DNA of 64,000 bases. Origin: a bacterium. GTDB lineage: Bacteria; UBA8248. The stretch lies in the NCBI GenBank assembly GCA_965261085.1, contig OZ253442.1, positions 3,744,001-3,808,000 on the forward strand. Reading direction: 5' to 3'. Positions within the stretch are counted from its first letter, which is position 1. Each line of letters begins with the position of its first letter. Position numbers and translations under genes: made by a program. The notes under the pieces were generated by a model. It saw only the letters and a list, made by a program, of their open reading frames with translations. It ran no database searches and was not told where the DNA came from. Below, piece after piece: positions 40,497-48,686 of the stretch.

Positions 40497-40662
40497 TCCT
40501 TTCCGTTTTGGCCGGGGAACACACGGGGGTCATCCGGCTAGCGGGGAACCTCCTCCAACACCCTGAGCACGGGTGCCGTCAGCGAAACTATGCAAGTGGC
40601 CGCCTTGGCGTCTTAGAGTCTCAACTCGCCCGCCCTACGGTCCACGTCGTCCCAGCGTATTC
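40497..40662 (-). pseudogene. Integrase catalytic-domain remnant
   Basis: RWDDVDRRAGELRL*DAK...VSLTAPVLRVLEEVPR*PDDP parallels LRWDEVDLEANELRLPDTKTGPRTISLSP...VPDNP. Confidence 0.75.
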
Positions 40663-40799
40663 GGTTTGCGCCGATGCTTTCCTAATCCCCATCACTCCAC
40701 GAACGAACCTTTGCCGTAAGCGATGGGATGGACGCGCCCTCCCGAAGGCATCACACTGTGGTGAGGTGGTGTCGTTACCGCCCTGCAGGAGGGGAATCC

Positions 40800-41825
40800 A
40801 TGGAACAGGTTCACATCATCGGCATCGATCTGGCAAAACAGAGCTTTCAACTCCACGGCACGCGCCCGGACGGATCGGTCGCGTTCCGGAAGAAGCTTAC
40901 CAGGGCGAAGGTGTTGGGCTTTCTGGCTTCGCAGCCGCGGTGCCTGGTGGCGATGGAGGCATGTGCGAGCGCGCACTACTGGGGGCGTGAGATCGGCAAG
41001 CTCGGCCATGAGGTGAAGCTTATCCCGCCGATCTACGTGAAACCCTTCGTCAAGCGCCACAAGAACGACGAGGCTGATGCGGAGGCGATCTGCGAGTCGG
41101 CCTCTCGCCCGACCATGCACTTCGTGGCCGTGAAGACTGAAGAGCAGCAGGCCCGAGGGATGCTGTTCCGCACGCGCGATTTGCTGGTGCGACAGCGCAC
41201 CCAGACGATCAACGCGCTGCGCGGCCATCTGGCGGAGTTCGGCGTCGTTGCTCCCCAGGGTCCCGCCCATGTCGCGCGGCTGGCGTCGGCCGTTGCAGAT
41301 CCGGGCTTGGGCCTGCCCGAGGCGGTCCGCGATCTGGGCGGGGTTCTGCTCGATCAGATCGCCGGCCTCAATGCGAAGATCGGGGAGTTGGAGAGGCAAC
41401 TTCTCGCGAGTGCGCGCCAAGACGAGGAGGCGAGGCGCCTGATGAGCATACCGGGGATCGGGGCGATCGGGGCGATGGCGATCCAGGCCTTCGCGCCGCC
41501 GATGGAAAGCTTCCGGCGCGGTCGCGACTTCTCCGCCTGGCTCGGGCTCGTCCCGCGGCAGCACTCCACCGGTGGCAAGCCCCGGCTGGGCAGGATATCG
41601 AAGATGGGCCAGCGCGACGTCAGGCGGTTGTTGATCATAGGCGCGATGACGGTGGTGCGCTGGGCGGTCCGGCGCGGCGCTCCGCCGGGCTCATGGCTGG
41701 CCCGGATGCTGGCGCGAAAGCCGCGTATGCTGGTCGCGGTGGCGCTGGCCAACAGGATGGCGCGCATCGCCTGGGCGCTGATGACGAAAAAAGAGGTCTA
41801 CAAGGAGCCGGTGCCGGCCGCCTGA
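40800..41825 (+). CDS. IS110-family DEDD recombinase/transposase
   Basis: IGIDLAK, AMEAC, KNDEADAEAI, SIPGIG, GLVPRQHSTGG; GGAGGGG ribosome-binding site. Confidence 0.95.
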   Translation: MEQVHIIGIDLAKQSFQLHGTRPDGSVAFRKKLTRAKVLGFLASQPRCLVAMEACASAHYWGREIGKLGHEVKLIPPIYVKPFVKRHKNDEADAEAICESASRPTMHFVAVKTEEQQARGMLFRTRDLLVRQRTQTINALRGHLAEFGVVAPQGPAHVARLASAVADPGLGLPEAVRDLGGVLLDQIAGLNAKIGELERQLLASARQDEEARRLMSIPGIGAIGAMAIQAFAPPMESFRRGRDFSAWLGLVPRQHSTGGKPRLGRISKMGQRDVRRLLIIGAMTVVRWAVRRGAPPGSWLARMLARKPRMLVAVALANRMARIAWALMTKKEVYKEPVPAA

Positions 41826-42081
41826 GCGGCAGGCGAGCGGATAATGCCGGGAATGTGAGCAGGTCGGAGGACAGGTAAGGGGCATACGGTCAATGAGACG
41901 GGATCGGGAAAACCAGGACCTGAATGGAGAGCTTTCAAGCTCGCGTAAGCGATTCGGACCCGATCCGCGCATCTCCATACGGGCCCGTGGCAAGAGGGAA
42001 ACGCCGCAATCTAGAGGCCGAATACACGACTGCGCCTGACCACATTGCGCCGAACTGTCCGAAGAAAAAGCTTGCATTTTG
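41826..42081 (+). ncRNA. Putative seek/bridge RNA of IS110 copy 1
   Basis: Two stem-internal-loop units carrying segments that match the target (CTGAATG, GTAAGC) and the donor junction (TCCAT, ATACAC). Confidence 0.7.
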
Positions 42082-42201
42082 GGGCGCGTCCATACACATT
42101 CGGTCGAGGGGTGATGGTGTCCGCGTAGCTCATTCCGGATAATCGAAGAGATTCCCGTAAGGTGCTGGTAACATCTTCCGGCATGTGGTAATCATGTCGG
42201 C

Positions 42202-44520
42202 ATGAAGATTTGCACGGAAGCTGTCGAGACGGAGCCGGCGTTGGTCGAGAGGCCGGATGAGCCATGGCCTCATCCCCCCGAGTTGTTCACAACCGGAGAG
42301 GCGTACTGGCGTTCGCTGTACGAGCGCGAGCGTGCGCGCGCGGAGGCGGCGGAAGCGCGCTGCGAGGAGTTGCGGTGGAAGGAGGTGGATACGCGCACGC
42401 GGGCGGGTTCGCTGAAGTGGTATCTCGACAACTGCCGGAGGAAGCTTGCCGCGAGCGTCGGGAAGTTGAAGGAAGTCCGCCGCGCGGCGAAGAAGGACAT
42501 CCTGGCGCTCGAGGCGGAAGTGGCTCGACAGGAGAAGCTTCTTCGCAAAGCCGGTGTCGAGCCGGGCAAGCGCAGCCCGCTCGCGTCGCTGCGCAAAGAG
42601 GTGGCCCGGTTGCGCAAGGCTCTCTCGGGCGCGTTGCCTCCGGGGGAGGCCGCGCGGCTGCGCAGAGTCGTGGAGAAGCGGGAGAATACGATCGAGTCTC
42701 TGCGCAAGGAGATTGAGGGGCGGGAGGAGGCGCTCGCCCGGCTGAAGAATCGGCTGGCCTGGGAGAAGCTGGAGACGAAGTCTCAGAAGAAGACGGTCCA
42801 GTGGCGTGACGAGGAGGTCATCCGGCTCTGCGGGAAGTTGCGGGAATTGCGTGACGATTTGCGGGTCTCCCTCAGGGCCGCGGACGTCGCGAAGGAACGG
42901 CTGAAGGAGCGGTTGTTGCGCGCGAAGGAGGCGTTGCGCTCGAGGTCGCCGTCTCGTTCGGACGCGGAACTTCGCAAGGCCCTGGGGAGGTCGCGGCGTC
43001 AGAAGACGGCGCTCAGGTCCCTCTCCAGGGAGAACGGGCGGTTGTGCCGTGCGCTTCGCAAGTCGGAGACCCACAGGGCGCGGCTGGAGGCCGAGCTCGC
43101 GAAGCTTCGCGCCACCGGAGCGGTGCTGGCGAGAAGGCTGTTCGGGCGCGGGAGCGAACGACAGGAGAGGCCACGCTCGGAGCGCAGGCGCGGCGGGCAG
43201 CCCGGCGCCCAAGGCCATGGCCGCACCCCGCGGCCCGCGCTCGGGGAGAGGACCGAAGTTCGCAACCCGCCGGCCAGCGCGCGCGTCTGCGCCGGTTGCG
43301 GGCAGCCCTACGTGGCGAACGGCGCACGCATGTCGAGCATCGTCGAGATCGAAGTCTCGGCCTACAGGCGGGTCATACGCCGTCCGAGGTGGCGCCGGGT
43401 GTGCGCGTGCGCGTCGTCTCCCATGGAAGTGTCGGCGCCGCCTGCGCCGCGCCTGTTTGCGGGCACGTCTTACGGGACGAGCGTCTGGGCGCGCCTGCTG
43501 TTCGAGCGCTACGCCTGCTTCCGCCCACTCAACCGGGTCGCCGCGTGGCTCTCCGACCAGGGACTTCCGGTCTCCGCGGGCACGCTGGGCGACAGCACAC
43601 ACCGCTTCACGCCGCTGTTCGAGCCGCTGGCCCGGGCGATCCTCGCCCGCCAGAACGAGGCGGCGGTGCGCCATGGGGACGAGACGACGTGGCGCGTACA
43701 GTCGCTTCGCGAGCAAGGACGCTCGAGCCGCGCCTGGCTGTGGGCCTCGGTAAGCACAGACTCCGTCTACTTCCACGTCGACCCCTCGAGGAGCGCCGAT
43801 GTCGCGATGAAGCTGTTCGGCGCGGCCGGCCCCCATACAGTCATCGTCTGCGACCGCTACAGCGCCTACAAGAAGCTGGCGCGCGAACTCGACGGCGCCG
43901 TGAGTCTTGGCTTCTGCTGGAGCCACGTTCGGCGCGATTATATCCACTGCGCCGCCGGCGATGCGCGGCTGACGTCGTGGTGTGAGAGATGGATCGGGCG
44001 GATTGCGCTGCTCTACCGCCTGAACGAGGCGCGCCTGGCCCGTTACGACTCAGGCTTCGAACGCCAGGACGCGGCGTTCGAAGCGGCGCAGGCCGCGCTC
44101 AAGAAGGCGCTCGATAGCCTGTTCGCGCAGGCCCGACGGGAACTGTCGGCCCTGCCGGCGCAGGTGCGCGAGGGCAAGGCGCTTCGCTCACTGCTGAACC
44201 ACCGCGAAGGGCTGAGCGTCTTCGTCGAGCGCCCCTCGGTGCCAATGGATAATAACGCCGTCGAGCGCGCGCTTAGGGGACCGGTGATCGGGAGGCGGCT
44301 CTCGTTCGGCTCCGTGAGTGAGGCCGGCGCCAGGTTCTCGGCGATGATGTACTCGGTCCTCGGCACCCTCGCGTCGAACGGCATCGACCCGCTCCGCTGG
44401 CTGGAGGCATGGCTCACGGCCTGCGCGGAGAACGGCGACCGGGCGCCCGGGGACCTCTCCGCGTGGCTGCCCTGGTCGATGAATGAGGAGCGCAGGCGCG
44501 CCCTCATGGCGCCGGGATGA
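42202..44520 (+). CDS. IS66-family transposase with long N-terminal coiled coil
   Basis: LFGRGSE, RGGQPGAQGHGR, CAGCG zinc finger, HGDETTW, CDRYSAY, CWSHVRR, DNNAVERALRGPVIGRR. Confidence 0.92.
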   Translation: MKICTEAVETEPALVERPDEPWPHPPELFTTGEAYWRSLYERERARAEAAEARCEELRWKEVDTRTRAGSLKWYLDNCRRKLAASVGKLKEVRRAAKKDILALEAEVARQEKLLRKAGVEPGKRSPLASLRKEVARLRKALSGALPPGEAARLRRVVEKRENTIESLRKEIEGREEALARLKNRLAWEKLETKSQKKTVQWRDEEVIRLCGKLRELRDDLRVSLRAADVAKERLKERLLRAKEALRSRSPSRSDAELRKALGRSRRQKTALRSLSRENGRLCRALRKSETHRARLEAELAKLRATGAVLARRLFGRGSERQERPRSERRRGGQPGAQGHGRTPRPALGERTEVRNPPASARVCAGCGQPYVANGARMSSIVEIEVSAYRRVIRRPRWRRVCACASSPMEVSAPPAPRLFAGTSYGTSVWARLLFERYACFRPLNRVAAWLSDQGLPVSAGTLGDSTHRFTPLFEPLARAILARQNEAAVRHGDETTWRVQSLREQGRSSRAWLWASVSTDSVYFHVDPSRSADVAMKLFGAAGPHTVIVCDRYSAYKKLARELDGAVSLGFCWSHVRRDYIHCAAGDARLTSWCERWIGRIALLYRLNEARLARYDSGFERQDAAFEAAQAALKKALDSLFAQARRELSALPAQVREGKALRSLLNHREGLSVFVERPSVPMDNNAVERALRGPVIGRRLSFGSVSEAGARFSAMMYSVLGTLASNGIDPLRWLEAWLTACAENGDRAPGDLSAWLPWSMNEERRRALMAPG

Positions 44521-44524
44521 CGCC

Positions 44525-45397
44525 GTGACCGAGTGCCGCTACTACGGGCGCGACTTCACGACGGAAGAGATGGCGCTGCTGCGCGCGCTGATCGCAGGCT
44601 CTCCTGCGCTCAACCGCCATGCGCTCTCGAAGGAGTTCTGCCGCCGCATCGGCTGGTACAAGCCCGACGGCGGACTCAAGGACATGATGGCACGGGTGAC
44701 CATGCTCGCCATGGACAAGGACGGCCTGATCACGCTCCCCCCGCCGATGCGGCCACGCCACGCGGCTCGGCCAATCGTCTTCGGACCCGACACCGAAGCG
44801 CCTCTCATCCCGTCGCCGACCACCCTCGATGAGGTCCGCCCCATCGGGATGCGCATCGTCGTGCGCGGAACCCGCGAGGGCCAGCTCTGGAACGAGTTCG
44901 TCGCCCGCTACCACTACCTCGGTTACAAGACCCTCGTCGGCGCACAGATGCGCTACGCCGTCCACGACCGCGACGGCAGGCCCCTCGCCATGCTCGGCTT
45001 CTCCACCGCCGCGTGGAAGCTCGCCCCGCGCGACAGCTTCATCGGCTGGACGCCCAAGCTGCGTGAGAAGAACCTCCCCTTCGTGGTCGACAACCCGAGG
45101 TTCCTCATCCTGCCATGGATCAAAATCCCCAACCTCGGCTCGCACCTCCTCGCCATCATCCGCAGGCGCCTGCCCGGGGACTGGACCGAACGCTATGGCG
45201 TCACCCCCGTGCTCGTCGAGACCTTCGTCGAAACGCCCCGCTACACCGGAGCCGTCTACAGGGCATCGGGATGGATTCCCGTTGGAACCACCCAGGGACG
45301 AGGGCGCTACGACAGGGACAGACGCTACGACAAGCCCAAAAAGGACGTCTGGCTAAGGCCGCTCCGCAGCAACTGGAAGCAAGTCCTCAGCCGCTGA
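44525..45397 (+). CDS. DUF4338 (Druantia DruA-like) protein inside the IS66 element
   Basis: WNEFVARYHYLGY, GFSTAAWKLAPRDSFIGW, NPRFLILPW..PNLGSH, LVETFV, YTGAVYRASGW..VGTTQGRG. Confidence 0.85.
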   Translation: MTECRYYGRDFTTEEMALLRALIAGSPALNRHALSKEFCRRIGWYKPDGGLKDMMARVTMLAMDKDGLITLPPPMRPRHAARPIVFGPDTEAPLIPSPTTLDEVRPIGMRIVVRGTREGQLWNEFVARYHYLGYKTLVGAQMRYAVHDRDGRPLAMLGFSTAAWKLAPRDSFIGWTPKLREKNLPFVVDNPRFLILPWIKIPNLGSHLLAIIRRRLPGDWTERYGVTPVLVETFVETPRYTGAVYRASGWIPVGTTQGRGRYDRDRRYDKPKKDVWLRPLRSNWKQVLSR

Positions 45398-45441
45398 AAC
45401 AAACCCCATCACCCCTCGACCGAATGTGTATGGACGCGCCC

Positions 45442-45697
45442 CAAAATGCAAGCTTTTTCTTCGGACAGTTCGGCGCAATGTGGTCAGGCGCAGTCGTGTA
45501 TTCGGCCTCTAGATTGCGGCGTTTCCCTCTTGCCACGGGCCCGTATGGAGATGCGCGGATCGGGTCCGAATCGCTTACGCGAGCTTGAAAGCTCTCCATT
45601 CAGGTCCTGGTTTTCCCGATCCCGTCTCATTGACCGTATGCCCCTTACCTGTCCTCCGACCTGCTCACATTCCCGGCATTATCCGCTCGCCTGCCGC
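45442..45697 (-). ncRNA. Putative seek/bridge RNA of IS110 copy 2
   Basis: Reverse complement of 41826-42081. Confidence 0.7.
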
Positions 45698-46723
45698 TCA
45701 GGCGGCCGGCACCGGCTCCTTGTAGACCTCTTTTTTCGTCATCAGCGCCCAGGCGATGCGCGCCATCCTGTTGGCCAGCGCCACCGCGACCAGCATACGC
45801 GGCTTTCGCGCCAGCATCCGGGCCAGCCATGAGCCCGGCGGAGCGCCGCGCCGGACCGCCCAGCGCACCACCGTCATCGCGCCTATGATCAACAACCGCC
45901 TGACGTCGCGCTGGCCCATCTTCGATATCCTGCCCAGCCGGGGCTTGCCACCGGTGGAGTGCTGCCGCGGGACGAGCCCGAGCCAGGCGGAGAAGTCGCG
46001 ACCGCGCCGGAAGCTTTCCATCGGCGGCGCGAAGGCCTGGATCGCCATCGCCCCGATCGCCCCGATCCCCGGTATGCTCATCAGGCGCCTCGCCTCCTCG
46101 TCTTGGCGCGCACTCGCGAGAAGTTGCCTCTCCAACTCCCCGATCTTCGCATTGAGGCCGGCGATCTGATCGAGCAGAACCCCGCCCAGATCGCGGACCG
46201 CCTCGGGCAGGCCCAAGCCCGGATCTGCAACGGCCGACGCCAGCCGCGCGACATGGGCGGGACCCTGGGGAGCAACGACGCCGAACTCCGCCAGATGGCC
46301 GCGCAGCGCGTTGATCGTCTGGGTGCGCTGTCGCACCAGCAAATCGCGCGTGCGGAACAGCATCCCTCGGGCCTGCTGCTCTTCAGTCTTCACGGCCACG
46401 AAGTGCATGGTCGGGCGAGAGGCCGACTCGCAGATCGCCTCCGCATCAGCCTCGTCGTTCTTGTGGCGCTTGACGAAGGGTTTCACGTAGATCGGCGGGA
46501 TAAGCTTCACCTCATGGCCGAGCTTGCCGATCTCACGCCCCCAGTAGTGCGCGCTCGCACATGCCTCCATCGCCACCAGGCACCGCGGCTGCGAAGCCAG
46601 AAAGCCCAACACCTTCGCCCTGGTAAGCTTCTTCCGGAACGCGACCGATCCGTCCGGGCGCGTGCCGTGGAGTTGAAAGCTCTGTTTTGCCAGATCGATG
46701 CCGATGATGTGAACCTGTTCCAT
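45698..46723 (-). CDS. IS110-family DEDD recombinase/transposase
   Basis: Protein identical to copy 1. Confidence 0.95.
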   Translation of the reverse strand: MEQVHIIGIDLAKQSFQLHGTRPDGSVAFRKKLTRAKVLGFLASQPRCLVAMEACASAHYWGREIGKLGHEVKLIPPIYVKPFVKRHKNDEADAEAICESASRPTMHFVAVKTEEQQARGMLFRTRDLLVRQRTQTINALRGHLAEFGVVAPQGPAHVARLASAVADPGLGLPEAVRDLGGVLLDQIAGLNAKIGELERQLLASARQDEEARRLMSIPGIGAIGAMAIQAFAPPMESFRRGRDFSAWLGLVPRQHSTGGKPRLGRISKMGQRDVRRLLIIGAMTVVRWAVRRGAPPGSWLARMLARKPRMLVAVALANRMARIAWALMTKKEVYKEPVPAA

Positions 46724-47234
46724 GGATTCCCCTCCTGCAGGGCGGTAACGACACCACCTCACCACAGTGTGATGCCTTCGGGAGGGCGCGTCCATCCCAT
46801 CGCTTACCCTTTGCCCGACGTAAACGCGCGCCTATGCGCTGGAGTTGTAATTCATCCGCTTGCGTTTTGATTACATCCTGCGGAAGCTAGATTCCGAACA
46901 AGAGCGGGGATATTTAATATTTTCAAATGATATCAATGGGATAGCAGGATTCCACACCCGTTGGAAATACCCTAGTATCTATAAACGGGCGAAATATGAA
47001 ATTTGCGGATATTTATTTCGGTCCGAAACAAAGCTTCATTCCCCGCAACCCCTTGTCCGGAAGGGATTCGTCCGGGAGGCGGATGCGGTTTTCTCTTTCA
47101 TGGGTCCCTGCCTTCCGGGAAGAGCGACGCCCATCTCCCCCAAGGTAGCCATCGACAGGGGAGGGATGTTATCTGGAAACAGACGCCGTCCCGTGAACGG
47201 CGTTGCGGGTCCTGCACGGGCCGCCCGCATGCGC

Positions 47235-47375
47235 CTTACATACACATCCATCTCTGCCGGCGGCTCGTAGAACGTGAAATCCTCCGCATCGAGGTCCGTG
47301 ACATCGACGTTCTCCAGCCGGATCGTGCCGCCGCCCTCCGCGCTCAAGTCGATGACGGCGTCGTCGACAGCATGT
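47235..47375 (-). pseudogene. C-terminal fragment of an RTX-type secreted protein
   Basis: AVIDLSAEGGGTIRLENVDVTDLDAEDFTFYEPP resembles the C-termini of Ca-binding T1SS substrates. Confidence 0.55.
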
Positions 47376-47438
47376 GAGGCGCACGCGGCGAAGAATCCAG
47401 ACAATCTTGAATCCTGAACCAAGGGAAGGAGAAATGCC

Positions 47439-47570
47439 ATGGCGAATATTACGGGCGGCGCGGACGACGATACGCTCGAAGGCGGCGATGGCATCGACTT
47501 TCTCTATGGCGGCGAGGTCGACGACACGCTCACGGGCGGGGCAGACGCGGGCATTTCCAGACGAGAATGA
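47439..47570 (+). pseudogene. N-terminal fragment of an RTX/hemolysin-type Ca-binding protein
   Basis: MANITGGADDDTLEGGDGIDFLYGGEVDDTLTGGAD (GGxGxD nonapeptides); AAGGAG ribosome-binding site; stops after 43 aa. Confidence 0.65.
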
Positions 47571-47577
47571 AGCGCGT

Positions 47578-48441
47578 TCACCTTCTCGCTCCATACGCGC
47601 CCATGAGATCGACCGTCGAGAACGTGCCGCCGACTTCCTCGTGGTTCGGCCCGTAAAATGAACCGTTGATGGTTCCCCAATCGAAAGTCCCATTATCCTC
47701 AACCCTTTGGTTGAGCCATTCGATATTCTCGTAACTCCCACCCGCGCTTCCACCTCTGATATTCGTGAAGGAAACATCCATCCGGGCATCACCAACAGAC
47801 GCCCTGAATTCGAGCCGGGCATCCCCCTCTATATGCTCTCCCCTGTTCGCTCCCGACGAATCCACCCCCAGCATGACGCCCTCGTAGGTGGCCGATGTCG
47901 CCGGAAGACTCCCCGACTTGTTTCCTACAGACATGCCAAAGCCCATTTCGAAATAAATGCCCCGGATGGTGGTCTCACCCACGAATGATCCGAATATGTT
48001 GTGACTCATCCATGCGCCATATCCTTCGACATCCACTTCGCCATCATCCAACGGAATGGTTTGAGACGCGCGATATAGTTCAACACCATTCCTGCTTTCA
48101 ATTCCGACGAGCTGAAAATCATTCGAGATCGAATCGTCCGCATCGACAAAGTCTCCAACGACAAATCGCTCTGAATACCCCAATGGCGCATTGCTCGCCA
48201 CGCAACCATCGAGCAAACAGGTGGTGTCAATGGTGAAATCCACCGCCTTTCCTTCTTGGTCCCGGCCATACAGATACATATCGCTCATCAGCAAAAGCGC
48301 ATCGCTATTCAACTGGGAGAGATTGTCCGCATCAGGCATCACGGCAGGTCGTTGCGGCATCCCGGAGCCGCCACCGCCCCCGCAACCGAGCGCAAGAACC
48401 GCCACCAAGGAAATCGCCAGAATGTTCCTGATCATTTTCAT
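47578..48441 (-). CDS. Lipoprotein with TbpB-like beta-barrel C-terminus
   Basis: Lipobox LALG-C followed by GGGGGSG; ATYEGVMLG; INGSFYGPNHEEVGGTF...GAYGA. Confidence 0.8.
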   Translation of the reverse strand: MKMIRNILAISLVAVLALGCGGGGGSGMPQRPAVMPDADNLSQLNSDALLLMSDMYLYGRDQEGKAVDFTIDTTCLLDGCVASNAPLGYSERFVVGDFVDADDSISNDFQLVGIESRNGVELYRASQTIPLDDGEVDVEGYGAWMSHNIFGSFVGETTIRGIYFEMGFGMSVGNKSGSLPATSATYEGVMLGVDSSGANRGEHIEGDARLEFRASVGDARMDVSFTNIRGGSAGGSYENIEWLNQRVEDNGTFDWGTINGSFYGPNHEEVGGTFSTVDLMGAYGARR

Positions 48442-48686
48442 CGTCCCCCTTGTTACGAGATATGTCCGACCGGACCCAAAGGCGGGCCGGTCTCCAAACA
48501 ACTCACGGATTCCTGGCGGGTTCCCGCCTGTTCCGACCCTTCGGGAATCGTCTTTATGGAAATTCCATTTATTCGAACGAGATTCCCTACCGGTATCGCC
48601 GGTCGATTCCCCGCGCCGCGCAAACGGATGGCCCGGCCAGGAGCGCAAGCCCGCTCGCCGGCGACCCCATGCGACGGACGCTCGCC

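Larger units (their letters stand above)
40722..42097 (+). mobile_element. IS110-family (IS1111 group) element, copy 1
   Basis: Sub-terminal IRs ATGGACGCGCCC (40728-40739) / GGGCGCGTCCAT (42082-42093); 1376 bp; non-coding region downstream of the transposase. Confidence 0.9.
45426..46801 (-). mobile_element. IS110-family (IS1111 group) element, copy 2 (inverted)
   Basis: Same 1376-bp length, same sub-terminal IRs and identical translated ORFs as copy 1. Confidence 0.9.
40716..46807 (+). mobile_element. IS66-family element with both terminal IRs interrupted by IS110 copies
   Basis: Termini GTAAG.../...CTTAC; exact 8-bp flanking duplication CCTTTGCC (40708-40715, 46808-46815); IR remainders ATTCGGTCGAGGGGTGATGG at 42098-42117 and inverted at 45406-45425. 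Confidence 0.88.

Noticed and set aside
42130-43947. Long alternative-frame ORFs (605 aa here; also 18311-19897, 30571-31572, 49558-50850, 56730-58490)
   Set aside because: Shadow ORFs overlapping well-supported genes in high-GC DNA, with no recognisable motifs
44525-45397. Druantia defence system
   Set aside because: Only a DruA-like gene is present, with no DruE helicase or other dru genes, and it lies inside the IS ends
40722-46801. Classical composite transposon bounded by two IS110 copies
   Set aside because: The 8-bp duplication lies outside the GTAAG termini and the IS66 IR continues inside each IS110, so the IS110s are insertions into IS66 ends
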